The position numbers and the translations under genes were made by a program. 41,539 nt of DNA from an uncultured bacterium. GTDB lineage: Bacteria > B130-G9. The notes beneath the pieces were generated by a model. The model was not told the DNA's origin and did not search any database. It saw only the letters and a list, made by a program, of their open reading frames with translations. The stretch spans positions 1 through 41,539 of the forward strand of contig CBDVDH010000034.1 in NCBI GenBank assembly GCA_965372715.1, read 5' to 3'. This document shows, piece after piece, positions 1-7,893 of this stretch. Position 1 is the first letter of the stretch. The number at the start of each line of letters is the position of its first letter.

Positions 1-440
1 AAGAGGATATAGAGGAGGGTGTCGGCCGCCCCGGATCCCCCATCTGAAGATGGGGTTACGACAATGGTAGCCCTCTGAATCGCCTCGGCTGAAGCCGCGC
101 GATGAGGTGCTGGCACGTGCCCGCGCTCCTTCCTCCGAATCACTGCGTTGCAACGCGGTGATACCGATAGTTCTCATCATATTAACACCCGAATTCATTC
201 GGGTGACGAGAAGAGGCGGAGGCGCGCACCTCCTCCCTCCCCGGAATCCTCATCTGAAGAGGATATAGAGGAGGGTGTCGGCCGCCCCGGATCCCCCATC
301 TGAAGATGGGGGTTACGACAATGGTAGCCCTCTGAATCGCCTCGGCTGAAGCCGGGCGATGAGGTGCTGGCGCGTGCCTGCGCTCCTTCCTCCGAATCAC
401 TGCGTTTCAACGCGGTGATACCGATAGTTCTCATTATATT
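1..440. repeat. Tandem direct repeat, period ~256 bp (copy 1: 1-183, copy 2: 257-440), built from related palindromic hairpins (BIME/REP-mosaic-like); truncated by the window start
   Basis: AAGAGGATATAGAGGAGGGTGTCGGCCGCC at 1 recurs at 257 and near-identity continues ~184 bp; hairpins at 38-55, 79-103, 139-162, 186-205, 246-264. Confidence 0.9.
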
Positions 441-544
441 GCACCATGTTTCAATATGGTGATCCTGGGCGTGCGCCTCCTCCTAACTCTTCTTCTGGCA
501 TTCGCCGCGCGGCGAACGCCCCACGTGCCCAATTCCGCCTTTCC

Positions 545-574
545 TTGACACCTGGTCGGCTTTGTTTGTAGATT
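545..574 (+). promoter_or_regulatory. Putative sigma70 promoter of the aldolase-BMC locus
   Basis: TTGACA (545-550), 18 bp spacer, TAGATT (569-574), ~45 bp upstream of the ATG at 620. Confidence 0.45.
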
Positions 575-619
575 GTCGTATCAATCGGGCTGAGGTTGCT
601 TTCAAAGAGAGCGGGTGCG

Positions 620-1489
620 ATGCAGGACGCGATAGAATCGATGGTAGGGGAGTATTCTGGGAGGTATCTGCCCGAATCGCTGGCCAGGGCGGCGATTGTT
701 GAGGTCGGCCGAAGGACATACCTACGAGGCTTCGTGGCGGCCAACGACGGCAATATCTCTGTCCGCATCGCAGAGAATCTGGTTCTGGCAACGCCGACGG
801 GCCGCAGCAAGGGCTTCATCCGTGAGGACGAGCTTGTCAAGATGACGCTTTCCGGCCAGAAGCTCGAGGGTCCGCTTGCGCCATCGTCGGAGATCAAAAT
901 GCACTTGAGGATTTACGAGGCGCGGCCGGACGTCAAAGCGGTCGATCACGCTCATCCGCCGATATGCACGGGCTTCGCGGTGGCCGGCATCCCACTGGAC
1001 AAATGCGTGCTGGCCGAGGTCGTGATGACGCTCGGCGCGGTCCCACTTGCCGAGTTCGCGGTTCCCTCGACGCAGGAGCTCGCGGATGCCGTGGCCGAGA
1101 GAATCCGAGAGTCCGATGCCGTCCTGCTGGCCAACCACGGAGCAGTTACTGTCGGGTCAGACGTTTTCGCCGCGCACTACAGCATGGAGCGGATTGAGCA
1201 TCTGGCGAATATATCGCTCGTGGCCCGGCTGCTGGGCGGTGAGAGGCTGTTGACGCCCAGGCAGGTTAAGGAAATCGCCGAGGTTCAGAGGACATCAGGA
1301 ACCACGCTGCCGCCGCTTGCCTGCAAGACCTGTTCTGATTCCACGTGTATGGCTGAGGATGCATCGGCTCAGCAGCCTCCGGACGCACAGCCGGCGCCCG
1401 GTGGCCAGCCTGCCTCAACACCCGATGTTTCGGATCGACTTGTTGCTCAGGTTGTGCGAGCTTTGAAGAAAGAATTGGCTGAGCTATAA
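620..1489 (+). CDS. Class II aldolase/adducin family protein (L-fuculose-1-phosphate aldolase-like) with C-terminal linker and putative BMC encapsulation peptide
   Basis: Motifs GNIS, TPTG, PSSE, HAH, LLANHG; tail CKTCSDSTC, Pro/Gln/Ala linker, amphipathic DRLVAQVVRALKKEL. ORF track starts at TTG 596; ATG 620 or 641 more likely. Confidence 0.88.
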   Translation: MQDAIESMVGEYSGRYLPESLARAAIVEVGRRTYLRGFVAANDGNISVRIAENLVLATPTGRSKGFIREDELVKMTLSGQKLEGPLAPSSEIKMHLRIYEARPDVKAVDHAHPPICTGFAVAGIPLDKCVLAEVVMTLGAVPLAEFAVPSTQELADAVAERIRESDAVLLANHGAVTVGSDVFAAHYSMERIEHLANISLVARLLGGERLLTPRQVKEIAEVQRTSGTTLPPLACKTCSDSTCMAEDASAQQPPDAQPAPGGQPASTPDVSDRLVAQVVRALKKELAEL

Positions 1490-1540
1490 TGCGCGTTCTC
1501 TTAAGATGCTTTTTGAAACGGTAAAGGGAGCACATCTAGA

Positions 1541-1840
1541 ATGTATGGTGAAGCGCTTGGAATGGTCGAGACCAAGGGTCTCGTGGCGATGATCGAGGCG
1601 TCGGACGCAATGGTCAAGGCGGCCAACGTGAAGCTAGTAACTTATGAGAAGATCGGCGGTGGTTACGTTACGGCTCTCGTGCGGGGTGACGTGGCAGCCG
1701 TAAAAGCCGCAACTGATGCCGGTGCCGAGGCGGCGAAGCGCGTGGGCGAGCTGATCGCGGTTCACGTGATCCCGAGGCCTCATACAAGTCTCGAGGATGT
1801 CCTGCCGATCGGCAAGACGGTTTCCAGGGACAAGAAGTAA
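1541..1840 (+). CDS. Bacterial microcompartment shell hexamer protein (BMC-H; EutM/PduA/CcmK family)
   Basis: [55 protein letters not shown] upstream. Confidence 0.97.
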   Translation: MYGEALGMVETKGLVAMIEASDAMVKAANVKLVTYEKIGGGYVTALVRGDVAAVKAATDAGAEAAKRVGELIAVHVIPRPHTSLEDVLPIGKTVSRDKK

Positions 1841-2043
1841 TAGCCCGAGGGCAAGTTCGACCTGTGTTCGGTGTCTGTTTGGCTTATGTGAGCAGCACTG
1901 CAAACCGAATCGGCGCACCGTAGGGGCGATTCACGGAGTCTTTGCCATAATTCCGTTCCACGTGCCTCGTAGGGTCAGGACTTGTGTCTGCCCGCCTTGT
2001 GATATTGGGTGCGCACATTCAGAATCGTGTGGGCGGGGCTTGT

Positions 2044-2342
2044 GAGGCTGGGACATAAGTCGGGAGGAGCTCTTGGTAGTCGAGGGTTTGTCTTTTGTGT
2101 GATGGATTTTGTAGTTGCGCGGACGTTGACGCTGCGGAGGACGAGGCGGAGCGTCTGCCCGAATCGGGGCAATACAGGCCGTTTGCGGCTGAATTCGCCT
2201 GACACAACGTCCCCTATCCTGGAAATTGGAGGCGAAATTGGTGGACTAATCAGATAGCCATCCCCAAAAAAGGGTGATCATGAACAAAAAACGACCATCG
2301 AATCAACGGAGGCAACCATGCACAAACTTATGTCCCAGCCTC
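2044..2342. mobile_element. MITE-like element with perfect 17-bp terminal inverted repeats (IS1182-like ends, inferred)
   Basis: GAGGCTGGGACATAAGT at 2044-2060 and ACTTATGTCCCAGCCTC at 2326-2342; no transposase inside; flanked by REP-like half sites. Confidence 0.7.
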
Positions 2343-2376
2343 CAAGCGCTGCCCCTACAATCCCCAACACCCGATT

Positions 2377-3507
2377 ATGACCCTACCTCCTGATACCACG
2401 CGCTCACGAGACTTCGTATTTATGAATGAGGCGCTGCGGCTTGCGGGTCGCTCGCGTGGGAAGACCTCGCTGAACCCATTGGTCGGGGCCGTTCTGGTTA
2501 GGAACGGTCGCAAGATCGCGACCGGATACCACCTCCGCGCCGGCGAGCCGCACGCCGAGGTAGTCGCCTTAACAGAGGCTGGCTCGGGCGCAAAGGGCAG
2601 CACCCTATACGTCAACCTCGAGCCGTGCTGCCACTACGGGAAAACTCCGCCGTGCGCGGACCTCATCGTCAAGGCTGCGATCAGGCGAGTCGTTGTCGGA
2701 ACGGTCGATCCAAATCCATTGGTCGCGGGCAAGGGCATCGCGCTACTGCGTCAGGCTGGCATCGAGGTCGATGTCGGTGTCCTTGAAGACCGATGCAAAC
2801 AGCTCAATGAGGTCTATCTCAAGTTCATTACGACGGGCATCCCGTTTGTAACGCTGAAGCTCGCTCAGACGCTGGACGGTAAAATCGCAGCGAAATCCGG
2901 CGATTCAAAATGGATAACTGGCGAAAAGGCCCGCAGATTCGCCCACAAGCTGCGCGCCGAGACTGATGTCGTGCTCGTCGGCAGAGGCGCCGTTCAAAAG
3001 GACGATCCCGAACTCACCGTCCGCCGCGTCAAGCCTGCTCGAAAAGACCGACCAATTCGGGTGATTCTGGACAGCACTCTTCGGACTTCACCCGATGCGA
3101 AGGTCATTTCGAGCGGCTCGTGCGAGACGATTATCGCGGCGACCGAAGCGGCGCCTTTGGAGCGGGAGAATGCCCTGCGGGACGCCGGCGCCTCGATCAT
3201 CCGAACCGGGTCGCGCGACGGGCGAGTTGACATCGGAGAGTTGCTGAAGGCTTTGGGCCAGCGGGGCCTGGCGAGCGTCTTGGTCGAGGGCGGCGCCGAG
3301 GTGGCCTGGGAATTCGCCTCGAGGCGCCTATTCGACAAGGCGGTTTTCATGATAGCGCCGAAGATTCTGGGCGGCCGCGAGAGCGTTCCCTCGGTGTCCG
3401 GGGCGGGCTTTCCGGCCATCTCAGATGCCATCGAGCTATTAATTCACAGCGTGAGAAGGCTCGGCGACGACCTGATAGTCGTGGTCTATCCCAACGTCCG
3501 TCAATGA
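2377..3507 (+). CDS. ribD: Bifunctional diaminohydroxyphosphoribosylaminopyrimidine deaminase / 5-amino-6-(5-phosphoribosylamino)uracil reductase
   Basis: NPLVGAV, HAE, LEPCCHYGKTPPC, LDGKIA, SKWIT, DDPEL, VEGG. Confidence 0.97.
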   Translation: MTLPPDTTRSRDFVFMNEALRLAGRSRGKTSLNPLVGAVLVRNGRKIATGYHLRAGEPHAEVVALTEAGSGAKGSTLYVNLEPCCHYGKTPPCADLIVKAAIRRVVVGTVDPNPLVAGKGIALLRQAGIEVDVGVLEDRCKQLNEVYLKFITTGIPFVTLKLAQTLDGKIAAKSGDSKWITGEKARRFAHKLRAETDVVLVGRGAVQKDDPELTVRRVKPARKDRPIRVILDSTLRTSPDAKVISSGSCETIIAATEAAPLERENALRDAGASIIRTGSRDGRVDIGELLKALGQRGLASVLVEGGAEVAWEFASRRLFDKAVFMIAPKILGGRESVPSVSGAGFPAISDAIELLIHSVRRLGDDLIVVVYPNVRQ

Positions 3508-3610
3508 TGCCACCCTCACGCCGAACGGCCTACACAAAACATCCCCGAGCAAGTATTATCCATAGTGTTATCGTTAGGACTTTCGACCTTTGGATTTTGA
3601 GATAACATAG

Positions 3611-4270
3611 ATGTTCACGGGATTAGTTGAGGCGGTAGGCGTCGTCCAGAGCGTCTCAAAAAGAGGCGCGAGGAATCTTCACGTCTTTGTCAGCGCGCCG
3701 TTTGAGGACACGAAGGTCGGGGACAGCATCTGCGTCTCCGGCGTGTGTGTTACCGTGACGGAGTTGGGCCCCGGCGGGTTCGGCTTCTTCGTTTCTTCCG
3801 AGACGCTTCGTCGGAGCAGATTCGCGTCGATATCGGCGGGGAGTCATGTCAATCTCGAGCGGGCGGTGAGGGCTGGCGATCGGCTCGGCGGGCATATCGT
3901 TCAGGGGCACGTCGATGAGGTTGGCAAAGTGCTGTCGTTCGAGAAAAAGGGCGGGGAAAGCGTGCTCTCGATCGGCCATTCGGGCGAGCGGGATTCGCTC
4001 GTCGTGGAGAAAGGCTCAATTGCTGTTGACGGCATCAGTCTCACGGTCGCCGATTGCCGCGGCGCCGGGTTCTCTGTCTCGATAATTCCCCATACGCTCG
4101 AGCATACGACGCTCAATGAGTTCAAGGTTCACGCTCCCGTGAACATCGAGTTTGACGTGGTTGCCAAGTATGTCGCGAAGGGCTTACAATCGTATCTGCC
4201 TGAGAGTGTCCGTGCCAGGCTTAAGAGTAACTTGAGTGTTGAGTTCTTGAGAAGCCACGGGTTTCTGTGA
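3611..4270 (+). CDS. ribE: Riboflavin synthase (alpha chain)
   Basis: N-terminal [44 protein letters not shown]. Confidence 0.97.
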   Translation: MFTGLVEAVGVVQSVSKRGARNLHVFVSAPFEDTKVGDSICVSGVCVTVTELGPGGFGFFVSSETLRRSRFASISAGSHVNLERAVRAGDRLGGHIVQGHVDEVGKVLSFEKKGGESVLSIGHSGERDSLVVEKGSIAVDGISLTVADCRGAGFSVSIIPHTLEHTTLNEFKVHAPVNIEFDVVAKYVAKGLQSYLPESVRARLKSNLSVEFLRSHGFL

Positions 4271-4304
4271 CGGATAAGGGCTTCTGAAAGAGGCGGGCTT
4301 GATA

Positions 4305-5540
4305 ATGGAGAACGAGAAAGAGTGTGGGGCCAAGACGGCGGTTTGCGACTCGATCGAAAGCGCGATCGCTGAGGTAGCGGCCGGCAGAATGGTCATTGTT
4401 GTCGATGACGAGGACCGCGAGAACGAGGGCGATCTGACGTGCGCGGCGGAGAAGATAACCCCGGACATCGTCAATTTCATGGCGACGTTCGGTCGCGGCC
4501 TGATATGCGTGCCGCTTTTGGGAGAGCGCCTCGACCAGCTTGGTCTTCAGCAGATGACGGAGCATAACAGGGCGCCTTTAGGTACTGCGTTTACTGTGTC
4601 GGTTGATGCGGTTCACGGCGTTACGACTGGCATCTCGGCGGCCGACAGGGCCAAGGCAATCGAGGTGCTTGCTGATCAAAGCAAAGGGCGGGACCACATA
4701 GTAGTTCCGGGGCACGTTTTCCCGTTGCGGGCAAAACCCGGCGGCGTGTTGGTTCGTGCGGGCCAGACCGAGGCGGCCGTTGATCTTGCTCGGCTTGCGG
4801 GCCTTTCTCCGGCGGGTGTGATATGCGAGATAATGAAGGACGACGGCACAATGGCGCGGGTGCCGGACCTCGTGCGGTTTCGCGAGGAACACAACATACC
4901 GATCGTTACGGTTCAGGACCTTATCAAGTATAGGCTCAAGCGTGAGATGCTTGTCGAGCAGGTCTCAAGAGCTCGCCTGCCGACGAAGTTCGGCAAGTTC
5001 ACTTGTTTTACATACAAGAACGTCCTTCGGGACGAGCATCATCTTGCCCTTGTAATGGGGGACTTGGAGAGCAAGGAGAGCGTTCTCGTTCGGGTCCACT
5101 CGGAGTGCCTCACCGGCGAGGTCTTCAGGTCTCTGAGGTGCGACTGCGGCGACCAGCTCGAGAAGGCGATGCAGGTCATAGCCGATGAGGGTGTTGGTGT
5201 GATCTTATACCTGCGTCAGGAGGGCCGGGGCATTGGCCTTCACAACAAGCTCCGGGCCTACGAGCTTCAGGACGAGGGTAGGGATACGGTCGAGGCGAAT
5301 GTCGAGCTCGGGTTCGCGCCGGACAAGCGAGATTATGGTATTGGGGCTCAGATACTCCGGCATCTTGGGGTCAAGAAGATGCGACTTCTGACCAACAACC
5401 CCGTGAAACTCGTCGCGCTTGAGGGCTACGGACTCGAGACTGTGGAGCGAATACCTCTTGAGATAGCCCCCAACGAGGAGAACAGGGACTACCTGGAGGT
5501 CAAGAGGCGCAAGATGGGGCATCTTCTGACCAAATTATAG
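4305..5540 (+). CDS. ribBA: Bifunctional 3,4-dihydroxy-2-butanone-4-phosphate synthase / GTP cyclohydrolase II
   Basis: [48 protein letters not shown] track start TTG 4299, ATG 4305 chosen. Confidence 0.97.
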   Translation: MENEKECGAKTAVCDSIESAIAEVAAGRMVIVVDDEDRENEGDLTCAAEKITPDIVNFMATFGRGLICVPLLGERLDQLGLQQMTEHNRAPLGTAFTVSVDAVHGVTTGISAADRAKAIEVLADQSKGRDHIVVPGHVFPLRAKPGGVLVRAGQTEAAVDLARLAGLSPAGVICEIMKDDGTMARVPDLVRFREEHNIPIVTVQDLIKYRLKREMLVEQVSRARLPTKFGKFTCFTYKNVLRDEHHLALVMGDLESKESVLVRVHSECLTGEVFRSLRCDCGDQLEKAMQVIADEGVGVILYLRQEGRGIGLHNKLRAYELQDEGRDTVEANVELGFAPDKRDYGIGAQILRHLGVKKMRLLTNNPVKLVALEGYGLETVERIPLEIAPNEENRDYLEVKRRKMGHLLTKL

Positions 5541-5544
5541 AGAT

Positions 5545-5568
5545 GTGGGGTGGGCTTTCTAGCCTGCC
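5545..5568. repeat. REP-like hairpin (GTGGGG.GGGCT-loop-AGCCTGCC family)
   Basis: GTGGGGTGGGCT TTCT AGCCTGCC; relatives at 7422-7447 and (interrupted) 41172-41467. Confidence 0.7.
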
Positions 5569-5642
5569 ACCGCTAATTGATGACAGAACTGAAAGAACGC
5601 TATATTATCAAGTTTGGGCACGACAGATCGAGAGGTTGAGTA

Positions 5643-6107
5643 ATGATAGAAAGACACGGAGTAATCGACGGGAAGGGGCTTAAGATCGGGATCGTCGCGT
5701 CGCGGTTCAATGAGTTCATAACGCAGAAGCTCGTCTCTGGGGCGCAGGATTGTTTAGTGCGGCACAACGTGAACGATAAGGACATCGAGCTCGTTTGGGT
5801 TCCAGGGGCCCTCGAGATAGCAGGTGTTGCTGCACTTTTGGCCCAAAAGAAGGCTCACGACGCGATTCTATGCCTCGGCGCGCTTATCCGAGGCGCGACG
5901 CCGCATTTCGATTATGTCGCGTCGCAGGCCGCACGGGCTATTGCCACGGTCTCGCTGAAGAGTGAGGTCCCTGTGGTCTTCGGCGTTCTGACTTGCGACA
6001 CTATTGAGCAGGCGATCGAGCGGGCTGGGACCAAGGCTGGCAACAAGGGCTTTGACGCCGCCCTTTCAGCGATCGAGATGGTCAATCTTTACAGGACGCT
6101 GAGGTAA
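5643..6107 (+). CDS. ribH: 6,7-dimethyl-8-ribityllumazine synthase
   Basis: [43 protein letters not shown]. Confidence 0.97.
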   Translation: MIERHGVIDGKGLKIGIVASRFNEFITQKLVSGAQDCLVRHNVNDKDIELVWVPGALEIAGVAALLAQKKAHDAILCLGALIRGATPHFDYVASQAARAIATVSLKSEVPVVFGVLTCDTIEQAIERAGTKAGNKGFDAALSAIEMVNLYRTLR

Positions 6108-6137
6108 TTGTGGATTGCGGATTGCGGATTGCGGATT
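6107..6137. repeat. Heptamer tandem repeat (ATTGCGG) x4
   Basis: ATTGTGG ATTGCGG ATTGCGG ATTGCGG ATT between ribH and nusB. Confidence 0.85.
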
Positions 6138-6184
6138 AACTGGCAATTCGCCGCGCGGCGAACCAACCGGCAACGGAGACTCAC

Positions 6185-6625
6185 ATGGGCAATCGGCATC
6201 GTGCCAGGGAAATAGCGATAAAGTTGCTTTACCAGCATGAGGCGGTTGGGGGGTCTGCTGAGGAGATACTGGAGGGCTTTTTCGTTGGCCATCCTGTCAA
6301 CAGCGACACGAAAGCTTATGCCGAGGACTTCGTGGCTGGGACGCTTGAGAACCTCGAGAGCATCGATTCGCTCCTGTGCCAGGTGTCCGAACATTGGTCG
6401 CTTGAGAGGATACTTCCGGTCGATCTCTCGATACTGCGCCTCGGCACGTTTGAGCTCCTCTATTTGGGCACCGCGCCGGCTGTGGCGATAGACGAGGCGG
6501 TTCGTCTGGCGAAGCACTTCAGCTCAGAGAAGGCCTCGTCGTTCATAAACGGCGTGCTGGACAAGGTGAAAGAGCTCAGCCAGAGCGAGAAGGGCGAGCC
6601 GGTGGTCTCGGGGGAACAAGCGTGA
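6185..6625 (+). CDS. nusB: Transcription antitermination factor NusB
   Basis: RHRARE..LYQ, WSLERI..VD..ILRL, AIDEAVRLAK, FINGVLD; conserved position after ribH. Confidence 0.95.
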   Translation: MGNRHRAREIAIKLLYQHEAVGGSAEEILEGFFVGHPVNSDTKAYAEDFVAGTLENLESIDSLLCQVSEHWSLERILPVDLSILRLGTFELLYLGTAPAVAIDEAVRLAKHFSSEKASSFINGVLDKVKELSQSEKGEPVVSGEQA

Positions 6626-7371
6626 AATACTTCGTCATCTCGGATGTGCACGGCAATCTCGAGGCGCTTGAGGCTGTGCTTCAGGACATCAACGCCTCGA
6701 CCGACGAGAACCACAGGATAATGTCGCTCGGCGACATCGTCGGCTATGGCCCAGACCCTATTCGCTGCATTGAGCTGACCTCGCAAGAGGCTTTCGTCTC
6801 GATACTCGGGAATCACGACTACGGCGTACTGGGGCTCACTGAAATCGACCTTTTCAACAGGGTCGCAACCGAGGCAATACTCTGGACGAGGAAGCATCTG
6901 ACCAAGGACGCCTGGAACGAGCTAAGCAAGTTGAAGGACAGGATCCTGATTGAAAAGGGGATCGCAACTTTCACTCACGCCTCGCCGTATCAGCCGTCCG
7001 AATGGCACTACATCATCACTTATGGTTTCGCAAAGATGGCGTTTGCGGCGATGAGGACCCCGCTCTGCTTCGTCGGGCACTCGCATCAGCCCGTCTTTAT
7101 TCTTGAGGCGCCGGCCGGCGCCATCAGCGTCATCCATTGCCAGGAGCAGCCGGCAATAACCTATGATCCAAGCGACAAGTACATCGTCAACGTTGGCAGT
7201 GTGGGCCAACCGCGGGACGGCGTAAACCAGGCCTGCTACGCTGAATGGGATGACGAGGCACGGACTATCACGATCAAGCGCGTCGCATACGATTTCAAGA
7301 AGACGCAGCAAAAAATCTGCGCGGCCGAACTTCCCACAGCCCTCGCTCTAAGGCTTGAGACCGGGCTGTAA
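6622..7371 (+). CDS. Calcineurin-like metallophosphoesterase (MJ0912/YfcE-like)
   Basis: SDVHGN, LGDIVGYG, GNHD, GHSH, NVGSVGQPRDG; GTGA overlap with the nusB stop. Confidence 0.92.
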   Translation: MKYFVISDVHGNLEALEAVLQDINASTDENHRIMSLGDIVGYGPDPIRCIELTSQEAFVSILGNHDYGVLGLTEIDLFNRVATEAILWTRKHLTKDAWNELSKLKDRILIEKGIATFTHASPYQPSEWHYIITYGFAKMAFAAMRTPLCFVGHSHQPVFILEAPAGAISVIHCQEQPAITYDPSDKYIVNVGSVGQPRDGVNQACYAEWDDEARTITIKRVAYDFKKTQQKICAAELPTALALRLETGL

Positions 7372-7384
7372 GTCAGTTGGCGGT

Positions 7385-7447
7385 TCCGCCGTCGCCAGGC
7401 TATGGCGGACAAGTTGGCAGTGTAGGGCGGGCTTCCAGCCTGCCTAC
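7385..7447. repeat. Two adjacent REP-like hairpins downstream of the rib operon (may act as terminator or mRNA stabiliser)
   Basis: TCCGCCGTCGCCAGGCTATGGCGGA (7385-7409) and GTAGGGCGGGCT TCC AGCCTGCCTAC (7422-7447). Confidence 0.6.
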
Positions 7448-7617
7448 GTGATGCGGTTCCAAGTTCTGTGTTGCGGGGGCACAAGTCGGCGCCTCATCGG
7501 ACGCCCGTGCCCCAGCCGGGAAGCAATCGAAAGGTTAAGGCGAGCTCGGCACGTGCGAGCCGACCCAGTGCATTCACAGGCAAAAGCAGCTACGGGAGCA
7601 GCGGCTCGCTGTCGGCT

Positions 7618-7700
7618 CGGAGGGGGTAGGATTCGAACCCACGGACCTTTCGGTCAACGGTTTTCAAGACCGCCGCCTTCGACCTCTCGGCCACCCCTCC
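7618..7700 (-). tRNA. tRNA-Ser (anticodon TGA), long variable arm, CCA not encoded
   Basis: Minus strand GGAGGGG..GCGGT CT TGA AA ACCGT..GACCGAAAGGTC..GTGGG TTCGAAT CCTAC CCCCTCC G. Confidence 0.95.
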
Positions 7701-7756
7701 GTGCTTAATCCAAAATAATAAGTCGATGGGGGCAATATACAAGGCAGGTTAGCCAA

Positions 7757-7808
7757 GAGGAAAGGGAAAAGGGGACAAAAGGAAAAAGGGAGAAAAGGAG
7801 AACGAGGA
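7757..7808. repeat. Purine-rich degenerate short tandem repeat tract
   Basis: AGAGGAAAGGGAAAAGGGGACAAAAGGAAAAAGGGAGAAAAGGAGAACGAGG. Confidence 0.5.
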
Positions 7809-7893
7809 GTGGCGAGGGCTGCAGCGAACGGCGAATCGGCAATTGACGGTTCACTGGGCATGGTTTGTAGAGGCGCAGAACAGATCTAACGAA

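Noticed and set aside
182-434. Short ORFs 182-400 and 195-434
   Set aside because: Lie wholly within the palindromic repeat; no recognisable protein features
1-440. CRISPR array
   Set aside because: Long segments including the would-be spacers are duplicated, the hairpins differ from each other, and no cas genes are present
1841-2376. FMN riboswitch upstream of ribD
   Set aside because: No AGGGCGGGGTGAAATTCCC..CGGCGGT-like core is visible; the region is explained by REP-like and MITE-like sequences
1541-6107. Functional link between the BMC shell gene and the capsid-forming lumazine synthase or flavin synthesis
   Set aside because: Only adjacency supports it; the loci are separated by ~540 bp of repeats
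7450-7617. SRP RNA or other ncRNA downstream of tRNA-Ser
   Set aside because: No SRP CAGG..GGAAG.AGCAGC core on either strand; only generic hairpins
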